A stretch of 64,000 nt of DNA, taken from NCBI GenBank assembly GCA_017467445.1, contig JAFTSG010000008.1:71953-135952 (forward strand), written 5' to 3'. The stretch comes from Clostridia bacterium. Its GTDB lineage: Bacteria; Bacillota; Clostridia; RUG12999. Shown piece after piece: positions 1 to 9,647 of this stretch (the stretch's first letter is position 1; each line of letters opens with the position of its first letter). A program made the position numbers and the translations under genes. The notes beneath the pieces were generated by a model that saw nothing but the letters and a program-made list of their open reading frames with translations, was not told the DNA's origin and did no database searches.

Positions 1-976
1 TGTTTCAATTTTATCGGGCGGCAAAACAATCCTATCAAATATAATTTCATCACAAATAAGTATACACCGTGAATTTGGCGGTGTTGTTCCTGAAATTGCC
101 TCAAGACAGCATCTTGAAGCAATTAATGGTGTTATGCAGGCTGCACTTGATGAAGCCGGGGTTACCCTTGCTGATATTAACGCAATAGCGGTAACGGCAG
201 GTCCTGGACTTGTAGGAGCACTTCTTGTAGGAGTTTCATTTGCCAAAGCTCTGGCCTATTCTCTCGGAATACCGCTTATTCCTGTGCATCATATAGAAGG
301 GCACATTTCCGCAAATTATGTGGCACACCCCGACCTTGAACCACCGTTTGTATGTCTTGTTGCATCGGGCGGACACAGCCATATTGTATACGCCAAAGAT
401 TATTCTGATTTTGAAATATTAGGCAGAACAAGAGATGATGCTGCAGGCGAAGCTTTTGATAAAATTTCCCGTGTACTCGGACTTGGATATCCCGGCGGTC
501 CTGCTGTAGAAAAAGCCGCCGAGTCCGGCAACAAAACAGCATTCAAATTTCCGCGTGTACATCTTGATAACCGTTTTGATTTCAGTTTCAGCGGCGTTAA
601 AACTGCCGTTATTAACGAAATCCATAAAGTAAAACAAAAAAATGAAGATTTAAATATTAACGACGTTGCCGCTTCTTTTCAGGAAGCCGTAACTGATATT
701 CTTGTTGAAAATACCATTGCCGCCGCAAAATTTAAAAATGTAAAAACTGTTTGTATGGCAGGTGGTGTTGCATCTAACACATATTTGAAAAATAAAATGG
801 CTGATTCAGCATCCAAATGCGGAATTACTCTTTATTCCCCTCCACCGGTTTTATGCACCGATAACGCAGCAATGATTGCATGTGCAGGGTATTTTGAATA
901 TAAAAAAGGTAATTTTTCCGACCTTTCTCTTAACGCTTATCCATCTCTTCAGCTTGGGGAAAATATAATTATGTAA
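1..976 (+). CDS. tsaD: tRNA N6-adenosine threonylcarbamoyltransferase TsaD (Kae1/Gcp family), 5' end cut by window edge
   Basis: The frame is open from nt 2 (..[14 protein letters not shown]..) into listed ORF 134..976. It has the VHHIEGH metal-binding motif and [11 protein letters not shown]. Stop is TAA at 974-976. Confidence 0.9.
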   Translation, partial: VSILSGGKTILSNIISSQISIHREFGGVVPEIASRQHLEAINGVMQAALDEAGVTLADINAIAVTAGPGLVGALLVGVSFAKALAYSLGIPLIPVHHIEGHISANYVAHPDLEPPFVCLVASGGHSHIVYAKDYSDFEILGRTRDDAAGEAFDKISRVLGLGYPGGPAVEKAAESGNKTAFKFPRVHLDNRFDFSFSGVKTAVINEIHKVKQKNEDLNINDVAASFQEAVTDILVENTIAAAKFKNVKTVCMAGGVASNTYLKNKMADSASKCGITLYSPPPVLCTDNAAMIACAGYFEYKKGNFSDLSLNAYPSLQLGENIIM

Positions 977-985
977 ATCATTTTT

Positions 986-1068
986 TGTGGATAATTTCCT
1001 TTTGTGCCGCATTTTTCTGTGGATAACTCGCGGTAAATAGTTATTTATTCGCAAAAAGTTGTGTATAA
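986..1068. promoter_or_regulatory. DnaA-box cluster: TGTGGATAA at 986-994, TGTGGATAA at 1018-1026 and TGTGTATAA at 1060-1068 (reverse complements TTATCCACA x2 and TTATACACA)
   Basis: Read directly from the sequence. There are two perfect TTATCCACA boxes and one TTATNCACA box, all in the same orientation, within 83 bp of the tsaD-fhs spacer. Degenerate TGTG-starting copies follow at 1072-1080 and 1081-1089. Confidence 0.75.
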
Positions 1069-1138
1069 CCTTGTGTAAATTGTGCACTAATAAAAATTTT
1101 ATGTAACCTTAACAGAACATCATATAGGAGTGAATTAT

Positions 1139-2803
1139 ATGAAAACAGACATCCAGATTGCTAATGAATGTAATATGCTTCCCATTACCGAAATTGCTAA
1201 AAAAGTAGGTATTTTGGACGACGAGCTTGAGCTTTACGGAAAGTATAAAGCTAAAATCGGCGATGATGCTTTTAAACGTCTTGAAAACGAAAAAGACGGC
1301 AAGCTTATCCTGGTTACAGCTATCAATCCTACTCCATACGGTGAAGGAAAAACAACAGTAACTGTTGGACTTGGACAGGCAATGTGTAAAATGGGCAAAA
1401 ATGCCGTAATTGCAGTAAGAGAGCCTTCACTTGGTCCTGTATTCGGTGTTAAAGGCGGGGCAGCCGGCGGCGGATATGCTCAGGTTGTTCCAATGGAAGA
1501 TATAAACCTTCACTTTACAGGCGATATTCATGCAATGACAGCTGCAAACAATCTTCTTTCAGCCGTCATTGATAACCATATATTCCAAGGCAATGCCCTT
1601 AACATTGACCCTAGACGAGTTGTATGGACACGTGCTGTTGATATGAACGACAGAGCACTCCGTAATGTTGTTGTCGGTCTTGGAAGTACTGTAGACGGTA
1701 TTCCCCGTCAGGACAGTTTCAAAATAACTGTTGCGTCCGAAATTATGGCAATCCTTTGTCTTGCCGAAAATATGGATGATTTAAAAGACCGTCTTGGCAA
1801 AATAATTGTTGCATACACATATGACGGAAAACCTGTAACGGCATCCCAGCTTGATGTTGTAGGCTCACTTGCCGTTCTTCTTAAAGATGCAATCAAACCT
1901 AACCTTGCACAGACACTCGATAACACTCCTTGCCTTATCCACGGCGGCCCCTTTGCAAATATCGCACACGGATGCAACAGTGTTCGTGCAACAAAACTTG
2001 CATTAAAGCTTGGTGATTACTGCATAACAGAAGCAGGTTTCGGTGCTGACCTCGGTGCAGAAAAATTCATTGATATCAAATGCCGCCAGGCAAATCTCAA
2101 TATAAGTGCAGTTGTTATTGTTGCAACAATCCGTTCACTTAAATATAATGGTCACGTTAAAAAAGAAGATTTGCAAAGCGAAAACCTGACGGCAGTAAAA
2201 GAAGGCCTTTGCAATCTTGAAAAACATATTGAAAATATACTTGAATGCGGTGTTACTCCTGTTGTAACATTAAACAGATTCCATACCGACACTGATGCTG
2301 AAATTGCTCTCGTTAAGGAATTTTGTGAAAACCGCGGTGCTGAGTTTGCACTTTGTGAAGTATTTGCAAAAGGTGCAGAAGGCGGAATAGCTCTTGCCGA
2401 AAAAGTACTTGAACTTTGTGAAAAACCGAATAATTTCCATCAGTTTTACACACTTGAAGGCGGATTAAAAGATAAAATCAAAGCCGTTGCAACCAAAGTG
2501 TACGGTGCCGATGATGTTAAATACGATATGGCAGCACTTAAATCCATCGACATTATTGAATCTATGGGTTACGGTAATCTGCCGGTATGTATTGCAAAAA
2601 CACAGTATTCTCTTTCCGATAATGCTGGGCTTCTAGGCAGGCCGAAAGGATTTACAATTTCGGTAAAACAAGTTGATATTTCAGCCGGTGCAGGATTTGT
2701 AGTTGTTAAAACCGGTAATATAATGACAATGCCGGGGCTTCCAAAAGTACCCGCCGCAAACAATATCGATATAAATAACGGCGAGATAACCGGATTATTC
2801 TAA
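1139..2803 (+). CDS. fhs: formate--tetrahydrofolate ligase
   Basis: [10 protein letters not shown] nucleotide-binding loop and full-length FTHFS-like translation. Start moved to ATG 1139, which lies 8 nt after AGGAG (1126-1130). The track start at 1130 is a GTG inside the RBS. Confidence 0.93.
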   Translation: MKTDIQIANECNMLPITEIAKKVGILDDELELYGKYKAKIGDDAFKRLENEKDGKLILVTAINPTPYGEGKTTVTVGLGQAMCKMGKNAVIAVREPSLGPVFGVKGGAAGGGYAQVVPMEDINLHFTGDIHAMTAANNLLSAVIDNHIFQGNALNIDPRRVVWTRAVDMNDRALRNVVVGLGSTVDGIPRQDSFKITVASEIMAILCLAENMDDLKDRLGKIIVAYTYDGKPVTASQLDVVGSLAVLLKDAIKPNLAQTLDNTPCLIHGGPFANIAHGCNSVRATKLALKLGDYCITEAGFGADLGAEKFIDIKCRQANLNISAVVIVATIRSLKYNGHVKKEDLQSENLTAVKEGLCNLEKHIENILECGVTPVVTLNRFHTDTDAEIALVKEFCENRGAEFALCEVFAKGAEGGIALAEKVLELCEKPNNFHQFYTLEGGLKDKIKAVATKVYGADDVKYDMAALKSIDIIESMGYGNLPVCIAKTQYSLSDNAGLLGRPKGFTISVKQVDISAGAGFVVVKTGNIMTMPGLPKVPAANNIDINNGEITGLF

Positions 2804-2808
2804 TAAAA

Positions 2809-2830
2809 ATGCCCCGCAAACGCGGGGCAT
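2809..2830. terminator. bidirectional intrinsic terminator shared by fhs (+) and the aldolase gene (-)
   Basis: The stem is ATGCCCCGC / GCGGGGCAT with an AAAC loop. It is flanked by an A-run on the left and TTT on the right. Confidence 0.8.
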
Positions 2831-2841
2831 TTTCATATGAA

Positions 2842-3657
2842 TTATAAATTTAAAAAATCTTTTCTATAGTTTACTCCAAAGTATTCGGCAAGTTCCATCA
2901 TTTCTTCGTCTTTAATTGTATTTATTCTTGGAAGATGTGCTGTAAGCATATATATCTGCGCTGCTTTTTCAACAGTTTCAACAAGCCCGAAGGTTTCGTC
3001 CATATCTTTTCCTGCCGCATATACGCCGTGCATTCCCCATACAACAACTCTGAACTCTTTCATTTTTGCCGCCGTTGCTTCGCCGATTTCATTTGTTCCG
3101 CAAAGCATCCACGGGAGCACACCTACTCCTTCCGGAAAAACTGCAATACATTCTGTACACATTTCCCAGAGAGAATGAGTAAATTTTTTATCGTCAAGTT
3201 CATGAACGTAATTCATTGCAAGGGTATGCGTCGGGTGAGTATGCATAACCACTCTGTTTTCAGGATCTACGGTAGCACGCGCCATATGGCTCATAAGGTG
3301 GGACGGGAATTCTGACGTAAACACTCCCCCGTCTGAATATCCCCATAAAAGCTCGGCTGTTATAGCATCTTCTGCTATGCGGATTATACCAAGGTTCTTT
3401 TCCGGGTCAAACTCAACATTTTTAAAATATTTGCCTCTTCCTGTTACAACAAAGATTTTCCCTATCATACTTTTAGCTTCAAATCCGATAGGAATTGTGC
3501 GGATTACTTTATTTAAATCAAGATACTCGGCAACTTCTTTTTCATCCAGCATATAACTGATATTCCCGCCGTTACGTTCATCCCATCCCAAACGGTACAT
3601 ATTAGCAGTTGTTTTTTTCATTTCATCTATAAAAGGTGCATTAAGTATGTTTTTCAT
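2842..3657 (-). CDS. rhaD: class II aldolase, rhamnulose-1-phosphate aldolase-like
   Basis: The N-terminal block ..MYRLGWDERNGGNIS.. resembles E. coli RhaD (..KGWDERNGGNL..). It has the HTHPTH zinc-ligand region and is about 270 aa. Confidence 0.75.
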   Translation of the reverse strand: MKNILNAPFIDEMKKTTANMYRLGWDERNGGNISYMLDEKEVAEYLDLNKVIRTIPIGFEAKSMIGKIFVVTGRGKYFKNVEFDPEKNLGIIRIAEDAITAELLWGYSDGGVFTSEFPSHLMSHMARATVDPENRVVMHTHPTHTLAMNYVHELDDKKFTHSLWEMCTECIAVFPEGVGVLPWMLCGTNEIGEATAAKMKEFRVVVWGMHGVYAAGKDMDETFGLVETVEKAAQIYMLTAHLPRINTIKDEEMMELAEYFGVNYRKDFLNL

Positions 3658-3721
3658 TTGCGCTCCACCAACACTTTCTTTTTATAATTTTTTAATTATA
3701 CTTATATCTCCATACAAGAAA

Positions 3722-3749
3722 ATTATATCAAACTTAATAAAAAAGTCAA
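3722..3749 (-). promoter_or_regulatory. sigma-A-type promoter for the aldolase gene
   Basis: On the minus strand: TTGACT (3749-3744), a 16-nt spacer, then TGaTATAAT (extended -10, TATAAT = 3727-3722). Confidence 0.6.
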
Positions 3750-3768
3750 TATTTATAACAAAAAAGGC

Positions 3769-3797
3769 TTGATTTTTATATAAATATAGTGTATAAT
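3769..3797 (+). promoter_or_regulatory. sigma-A-type promoter for tRNA-Pro (and possibly pth)
   Basis: TTGATT (3769-3774), a 17-nt spacer, then TATAAT (3792-3797). The predicted TSS lies about 13 nt before the mature tRNA 5' end. Confidence 0.65.
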
Positions 3798-3816
3798 AGT
3801 TGAGTAATGTTGATAA

Positions 3817-3893
3817 CTGGGTGTGGCGCAGTTTGGTAGCGTGCTTGAATGGGGTTCAAGAGGCCGGGAGTTCAAGTCTCCCCACTCAGACCA
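3817..3893 (+). tRNA. tRNA-Pro, anticodon GGG, with encoded CCA
   Basis: Hand-folded cloverleaf. Acceptor stem CTGGGTG/CACTCAG, D stem GCGC/GCGT, anticodon stem CTTGA/TCAAG with loop A-T-GGG-G-T (U33, G37). T arm GGGAG-TTCAAGT-CTCCC. C1-G72 and A73 fit ProRS identity elements. 77 nt. Confidence 0.9.
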
Positions 3894-3957
3894 ATAATAG
3901 TGGCTGTAGCATATTTTGTTACAGCTATTTTGTTATATACCAAAGGAAGTGATACCT

Positions 3958-4539
3958 ATGAAAATAGTTGCAGGACTTGGCAATCCCGGAAGTAAATATG
4001 ACGGCACACGTCATAATATAGGATTTGGTGCAATAGATTATATTGCCCACCATTTTGATATTAAAGTAAATAAGCTCGGATATAAAGCACTATATGGTCA
4101 GGGTATGATTAACGGAGAAAAGGTAATACTTATAAAACCGCAGACATTTATGAACTTAAGCGGTACTTCTCTTATTGAAGCAATGAATTTTTATAAGCTC
4201 CCGCCGGAAGATTTAATAGTAATTCATGATGACATTGACCTGCCCACCGGAAAAATACGTATCCGCACATCCGGCAGCACCGGCGGACATAACGGAATTA
4301 AAGACATTATTCTTCGTCTTAATTCCGACAAATTTATACGCATCAAAATTGGTGCCGGTATGCCTGAAAATAATAAAATTGATGTTGTTAACCACGTTTT
4401 AGGTACGCTTAGCAAACAGGAAACCGATATTCTTGATAAATCTGCAGAAATTGTTGTAAAAGCGCTTCCTTTAATTCTGAAAGGAAATATCTCACTTGCA
4501 ATGAGCAAATATAACGGAATGCCGAATGCGGAGGAATAA
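3958..4539 (+). CDS. pth: peptidyl-tRNA hydrolase
   Basis: MKIVAGLGNPG..YDGTRHNIGF motifs. Start moved to ATG 3958, downstream of the AAAGGAAG RBS. Confidence 0.93.
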   Translation: MKIVAGLGNPGSKYDGTRHNIGFGAIDYIAHHFDIKVNKLGYKALYGQGMINGEKVILIKPQTFMNLSGTSLIEAMNFYKLPPEDLIVIHDDIDLPTGKIRIRTSGSTGGHNGIKDIILRLNSDKFIRIKIGAGMPENNKIDVVNHVLGTLSKQETDILDKSAEIVVKALPLILKGNISLAMSKYNGMPNAEE

Positions 4540-4540
4540 T

Positions 4541-7500
4541 ATGCAGCATTTAAATAGCCTTCCGGAATTTAATAGTCTTGCCGCCGATATTTTGTCCGGA
4601 AAATCCGGAATTTCGGTAAGCGGAGTTACTTCTTCCGCACGCGCTGATTTAATACACACTCTTTTGGATAAAACCCGAAAGAGTGCTTTTGTCGTGGCTG
4701 AAAACATGTATGACGCCAAAATTCTGTATGAAGATTTGTGTTTCTATCACGGCAGCGATAATGTTGTTATATTCCCTGCCAAAGACTATTTTTTTTACAA
4801 TATCGAAACTGCGGCACTTCGTATAAACAACGACAGACTTGCCGTTATTGATAAAATTTTAAATCAGAAAAATATTATTGTTGTTGCTCCTCTTGATGCC
4901 GTTTTGCAGTATACGGTTCCAAAAGTGATATACAGCAAATATTTATATGAAATAAAACCCGGCACAAGGCTTGATTTTGACGAGCTATCCCATAATCTTA
5001 CTGTTATGGGATATAAACGCAGCGACTTAGTTGAAGGTGTTGGTCAAATGAATTTCAGGGGCGGAATTCTGGATATATTCCCTCCTGCTTATGAAAACCC
5101 TATACGAATTGAGTTTTTTGACGATGAAGTTGAAACAATAAGATTTTTTGATGCAGCTACGCAGATTTCTCAAAACACTATCGATTTTTGCCGTATAACC
5201 TGTTGTCGCGAACTGATTTATGATGAAGTTAATTCAGTTATAGAAAAAATAAACGAATATCCCAAAACCGATTGGACAATGCGCGATATTGAACGTTTTG
5301 AAGAAGAGCATTATTTTCCTTCTGCTGACAGATATGTGCCGTTTATTTATAAAAACATATCATCTATACTGTCGTATCTTAACGAGAATTTTGCCCTTTT
5401 CCTTGACTATCCTCCGGCACTTAAATCAAGAGCTGAAGCATACGAAAAGGAACTGAGCAGCATACTTACGCAATTTGCCGAAAATGACAGTATGCCTTTG
5501 TTTGACGGAGCATATTTATGCGATATAAATGATATTATCGGTTCGTCGCTTGCTTCTGTTGTTGCTATCAGTAATGTTGCATCTGATAGCGATTTTATTA
5601 ACACGACAAAATCTTATGAAATAGAAAGCCGCAGCTTGCAGTCTTACAACGGCAGAATTGATCTCATTATTGATGATATAAAAGTATGGAAACAAAAAAA
5701 CTATTATATTACCATTCTTGCAGGGACAAAAGCAAAAGCTGCCGCTTTTAAACAAACGCTTGAAGAAAATGGTATTTTTGCTGAACTTGGTGAAGAATTT
5801 AGTTTTGCCGAAGGCGAAAATATTCTTATTGTCCCCGGAAGTCTCGGAAGCGGATTTGAATATCCGTCTTTAAAAAACGTTGTAATAAGCTCTGCCGAGC
5901 TTTTCGGCAAGGCAAAACACCGTTCAAAAGCAAACACTATGCCCGGCATAAAGATAAAATCTTATGCAGATTTATCTGTTGGCGATTATGTGGTACATCA
6001 GGTGCACGGAATTGGCGAATATCTTGGTATGCATCGTATGGAGGTTGATGGGATAATAAGAGATTATCTTAAGATTGAATATAAGGATACTGATGTTCTC
6101 TATGTGCCGGCAACATCACTTGATACAGTCAACAAATATGTATCAAACAACGGCAAAAAAGTAAAGCTTAACAAAATGGGCGGACTTGATTTTTCAAGAG
6201 TTAAAAAACGCGTTGTAAAAGCTCTTGAAGATATTGCCGACGAGCTTGTTGCATTATATGCCGAAAGAAGTACCAAAAAAGGGTTTAGTTTTTCGCCGGA
6301 CAACGACTGGCAGAAGAATTTTGAACAGATGTTTCCATATGAAGAAACTGCCGACCAGCTTAAATCCATTGAAGAAGCAAAAGCCGATATGGAAAGTGAT
6401 AAGCCTATGGACAGACTTCTTTGCGGTGATGTCGGATACGGAAAAACCGAGGTTGCCCTCAGATGCGCTTTTAAGGCAGTTATGGACAGTAAGCAGGTTG
6501 CATATCTTGTTCCTACTACAATCCTTGCTCAGCAGCATTACAACACATTTGTCGAGAGGATGAAAGAGTATCCGATAAATGTAGAAATGTTGTCCCGTTT
6601 TCGCACATCCAAACAACAAAAAGAAATTATAAAGAAGCTTGCGACGGGTCAGATTGACGTTATTATCGGTACACATAAAATTCTGCAGAAAGATGTTGTT
6701 TTCAAGGATCTCGGACTTTTAATTATAGACGAAGAACAGCGATTTGGTGTTAAGCATAAAGAACAGATTAAGGAACTTAAAAAAGACGTTGACGTTCTTA
6801 CTCTTTCCGCAACTCCTATCCCTCGCACACTTCATATGTCGCTCACGGGAATACGTGATATGAGCGTTATTGCCGAGCCTCCTGAAGACAGATATCCCGT
6901 GCAGACATTTGTTCTTGAATACGATCGTGAAACCGTGCGTGACGCCATTTTGAAAGAGCTTGGCAGAAACGGACAGGTATACTATGTTTATAATCGTGTT
7001 GAAGGTATTTTTAAGGTTGCAAATATGCTTCAGGAACTTGCTCCTAATGCTAAAATTGCAGTTGCCCACGGACAGATGAGTGAACGTGAGCTTGAAAGTG
7101 TGCTTATGGATACTGTAAACGGTGATGTTGATATTCTTGTATGTACAACAATTATTGAAACAGGGCTTGATATACCGAATATCAACACTATAATTATAGA
7201 AAATGCCGACTGTATGGGGCTTTCGCAGCTGTATCAGCTGCGCGGACGTGTTGGCCGTTCAAACCGTATTGCATATGCATATCTTACTTACAGAAAAGAT
7301 AAGGCATTAAACGAAACTGCAATCAAAAGACTCTCCTCTATCCGTGAGTTTACTGAATTCGGTTCGGGATTTAAAATTGCAATGCGTGACCTTGAAATAC
7401 GCGGTGCGGGTAATTTGCTTGGTGCTGCGCAACACGGCGAAATGGATGCCGTAGGATATGATATGTACTGCAAGCTTCTTGATGAAGCAGTTGCAAAAAC

Positions 7501-7969
7501 AAAAGGCATAGAAAAACCGGAAGAAATTATTACAACCGTTGATATCAAGGTTGATACATTTATTTCCGACAAATATATTCCGTCACACAACATCAAGCTT
7601 GAAATGTATAAAAAGATTGCAAGTGCAGCAAGTGAAACAGACAAAGAAGATTTGATTGACGAGCTTATTGACAGATTTGGCGAGCCGCCTCAGAGCGTTA
7701 TTAATCTTATTGATATTTCGCTTATAAGAGATCTTGCAAATAAAGCGCAGATGACGGATGTTATCGAAAAGGGTCCTAAAATTTATATGTATTTTGATGC
7801 AAAAGCGCCGCTAAATCCTGAGAAAATTACAAAAATTGCCGCTACATTCCGTGGGCGTATGTTCTTTAACAGCGGCGGCAGACCATTTATATCTTTCGCA
7901 TACAGCAGTAAAGAAAAATGTCTTAGTGAACTTAAAACGGTTTTAACCCATTATAACGCACTTGATTAA
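4541..7969 (+). CDS. mfd: transcription-repair coupling factor
   Basis: It has a CarD-like GDYVVHQVHGIG region, the helicase Walker A GDVGYGKTEVA and DEEQRFG, and is about 1140 aa. Start ATG 4541 follows GGAGGA. Confidence 0.95.
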   Translation: MQHLNSLPEFNSLAADILSGKSGISVSGVTSSARADLIHTLLDKTRKSAFVVAENMYDAKILYEDLCFYHGSDNVVIFPAKDYFFYNIETAALRINNDRLAVIDKILNQKNIIVVAPLDAVLQYTVPKVIYSKYLYEIKPGTRLDFDELSHNLTVMGYKRSDLVEGVGQMNFRGGILDIFPPAYENPIRIEFFDDEVETIRFFDAATQISQNTIDFCRITCCRELIYDEVNSVIEKINEYPKTDWTMRDIERFEEEHYFPSADRYVPFIYKNISSILSYLNENFALFLDYPPALKSRAEAYEKELSSILTQFAENDSMPLFDGAYLCDINDIIGSSLASVVAISNVASDSDFINTTKSYEIESRSLQSYNGRIDLIIDDIKVWKQKNYYITILAGTKAKAAAFKQTLEENGIFAELGEEFSFAEGENILIVPGSLGSGFEYPSLKNVVISSAELFGKAKHRSKANTMPGIKIKSYADLSVGDYVVHQVHGIGEYLGMHRMEVDGIIRDYLKIEYKDTDVLYVPATSLDTVNKYVSNNGKKVKLNKMGGLDFSRVKKRVVKALEDIADELVALYAERSTKKGFSFSPDNDWQKNFEQMFPYEETADQLKSIEEAKADMESDKPMDRLLCGDVGYGKTEVALRCAFKAVMDSKQVAYLVPTTILAQQHYNTFVERMKEYPINVEMLSRFRTSKQQKEIIKKLATGQIDVIIGTHKILQKDVVFKDLGLLIIDEEQRFGVKHKEQIKELKKDVDVLTLSATPIPRTLHMSLTGIRDMSVIAEPPEDRYPVQTFVLEYDRETVRDAILKELGRNGQVYYVYNRVEGIFKVANMLQELAPNAKIAVAHGQMSERELESVLMDTVNGDVDILVCTTIIETGLDIPNINTIIIENADCMGLSQLYQLRGRVGRSNRIAYAYLTYRKDKALNETAIKRLSSIREFTEFGSGFKIAMRDLEIRGAGNLLGAAQHGEMDAVGYDMYCKLLDEAVAKTKGIEKPEEIITTVDIKVDTFISDKYIPSHNIKLEMYKKIASAASETDKEDLIDELIDRFGEPPQSVINLIDISLIRDLANKAQMTDVIEKGPKIYMYFDAKAPLNPEKITKIAATFRGRMFFNSGGRPFISFAYSSKEKCLSELKTVLTHYNALD

Positions 7970-8017
7970 AGGACTTTTTGCCGGTTTTGTTGAATTATGT
8001 AAGTTGGAGGGATGCTT

Positions 8018-8974
8018 ATGAATAATAAATTATCTTTCCCCGATGCACCTATGGTACTGAAAAACTTTTTGCAGTATCAACTTGTAATTCAGGGAAAATC
8101 CCAGAATACAGTTCACGAATATTATTATGACCTTAGGACTTTTTTCAGATATCTCAAAAATACACTTTATAATTTGTCCGACACAAATTTTGAAGAAATT
8201 GATATTAAAGATATTACAATTGACGATATTAAAAAGGTTAATTTAAGCACCCTGTATGACTATCTTTCGTTTATTAACCTTAACAGAGAAAATGAAAGCC
8301 GTACAAGAGCACGAAAGGTGTCCAGCTTAAAATCGTTTTTCAAGTATCTTGTTGATAAGGAAGAGGTTCTTACGGTTAATCCCACAGAAAAGCTTGAAAC
8401 ACCAAAGCTTGGTAAAACACTTCCCACTCACCTTTCACTTGACGAAGCAAAAAAATTGCTTGATACCGTATCGGGTCCAAACAAAGAAAGGGATTTGTGC
8501 ATCCTTACGCTTTTTCTCAACTGTGGACTTCGTTTGTCCGAGCTTATCGGTATAAATTTAAAAGACATTAAAGAAGATACCATAAGAATTCGCGGTAAAG
8601 GTAACAAGGAACGCACAATATATCTTAACGGAAGTTGTATTTCCGCCCTTTCCAACTATTTGCGTCTTCGCCCCGTTGACGGTGTTAAAGATGCGGATGC
8701 ACTTTTCATAAGCAAGCAGAAACGCCGTATAAGCGAGCAAATGGTACAGGTAATTGTAAAGAAATATATAAAAGCGGCAGGACTTGACCCAAACAAATAT
8801 TCGCCGCATAAACTACGCCATACAGCAGCTACTCTGCTTTATAAATACGGCGATGTTGATATACGAATACTTCAGGAAATGCTTGGACATAAAAACTTAA
8901 ATACAACACAGATATATACCCATATTGATAACAAACAGGTAAAAGAGGCAGCCCAGCGCCACCCATTAGCATAG
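8018..8974 (+). CDS. tyrosine recombinase, XerC/XerD family
   Basis: Complete catalytic set: R in GLRLSEL, HKLRHT, GHKN and the IYTH tyrosine. Start ATG 8018 lies 6 nt after GGAGGG. No terminator separates it from mfd. Confidence 0.8.
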   Translation: MNNKLSFPDAPMVLKNFLQYQLVIQGKSQNTVHEYYYDLRTFFRYLKNTLYNLSDTNFEEIDIKDITIDDIKKVNLSTLYDYLSFINLNRENESRTRARKVSSLKSFFKYLVDKEEVLTVNPTEKLETPKLGKTLPTHLSLDEAKKLLDTVSGPNKERDLCILTLFLNCGLRLSELIGINLKDIKEDTIRIRGKGNKERTIYLNGSCISALSNYLRLRPVDGVKDADALFISKQKRRISEQMVQVIVKKYIKAAGLDPNKYSPHKLRHTAATLLYKYGDVDIRILQEMLGHKNLNTTQIYTHIDNKQVKEAAQRHPLA

Positions 8975-8983
8975 GAGATAAAA

Positions 8984-9619
8984 ATGAGAGTACGAAAAAA
9001 GAAAAATTGTGCCGAAAGGCTTGATAAATGCAGCAGTGTTTTAATTACAGGAGATTTGCCAAAAGGAAAATGGAGCAGTATTTTTGGCAACGATAACCCT
9101 ATTCATCTTGAAATCGGATGCGGTAAAGGTGATTTTGTTGTAGGAATGGCAAGACAAAATCCTGACATCAATTTTATTGCACTTGAAAAATGTGCTGATG
9201 TCCTTGTTATTGCCGCCGAAAAGGTTGTGGAATCGGGACTTACCAACATACGCCTTATGTGCGGCGATGCAGATTTTCTTGCCGATATGGTTGAACCTGC
9301 CGAAGCCAGCCGAATTTACATAAACTTCTGCGACCCGTGGCACAAGAATAAGCACGCAAAACGCCGTCTTACATACCGCGCATTTTTACATAAATACAAG
9401 AATATTTTATCCCCTGTTCACGGCGAGGTGCATTTTAAAACCGATAACCGCAAATTGTTTGAATTTTCACTTAATGAACTATGCGATGAAAATATGAAGA
9501 TACGAAACATCACTTTTGATTTGCATGCAAGCGGTTTCGAAAATAATGTTATGACCGAATACGAAAAACAGTTTACCGAAAAAGGTATGCCTATTTACAG
9601 ACTTGAAATACTATTTTAA
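8984..9619 (+). CDS. trmB: tRNA (guanine46-N7)-methyltransferase
   Basis: LEIGCGKGDF SAM-binding motif and a TrmB-like length. The RBS GGAG lies 6 nt upstream. Confidence 0.88.
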   Translation: MRVRKKKNCAERLDKCSSVLITGDLPKGKWSSIFGNDNPIHLEIGCGKGDFVVGMARQNPDINFIALEKCADVLVIAAEKVVESGLTNIRLMCGDADFLADMVEPAEASRIYINFCDPWHKNKHAKRRLTYRAFLHKYKNILSPVHGEVHFKTDNRKLFEFSLNELCDENMKIRNITFDLHASGFENNVMTEYEKQFTEKGMPIYRLEILF

Positions 9620-9621
9620 AA

Positions 9622-9643
9622 AGCAGTGGCTGATGCCACTGCT
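9622..9643. terminator. bidirectional intrinsic terminator shared by trmB (+) and truB (-)
   Basis: The stem is AGCAGTGGC / GCCACTGCT with a TGAT loop. An A-run precedes it and a T-run follows. Confidence 0.85.
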
Positions 9644-9647
9644 TTTT

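Noticed and set aside
955-982. A dif-like Xer site, GGGGAAAATATAATTATGTAAATC. Its right half TTATGTAAA matches the XerD arm of Firmicute dif (TTATGTAAACT).
   Set aside because: The left (XerC) arm matches poorly, at about 5 of 11 positions. The sequence is the 3' end and stop codon of tsaD. The surrounding genes are origin-proximal types rather than terminus types, so a chance half-site match is more likely.
986-1089. The DnaA-box cluster as the chromosomal origin (oriC).
   Set aside because: There is no dnaA or dnaN gene nearby. I found no obvious AT-rich 13-mer or 27-mer unwinding element beside the boxes. Gene orientation does not diverge here, since tsaD and fhs are both on the + strand. 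This fits a secondary DnaA-box cluster better than oriC.
3817-8974. The tRNA gene plus the downstream tyrosine recombinase as the borders of an integrated genomic island.
   Set aside because: The intervening genes are core pth and mfd. I found no direct repeat of the tRNA 3' end, and there are no phage, ICE or cargo genes.
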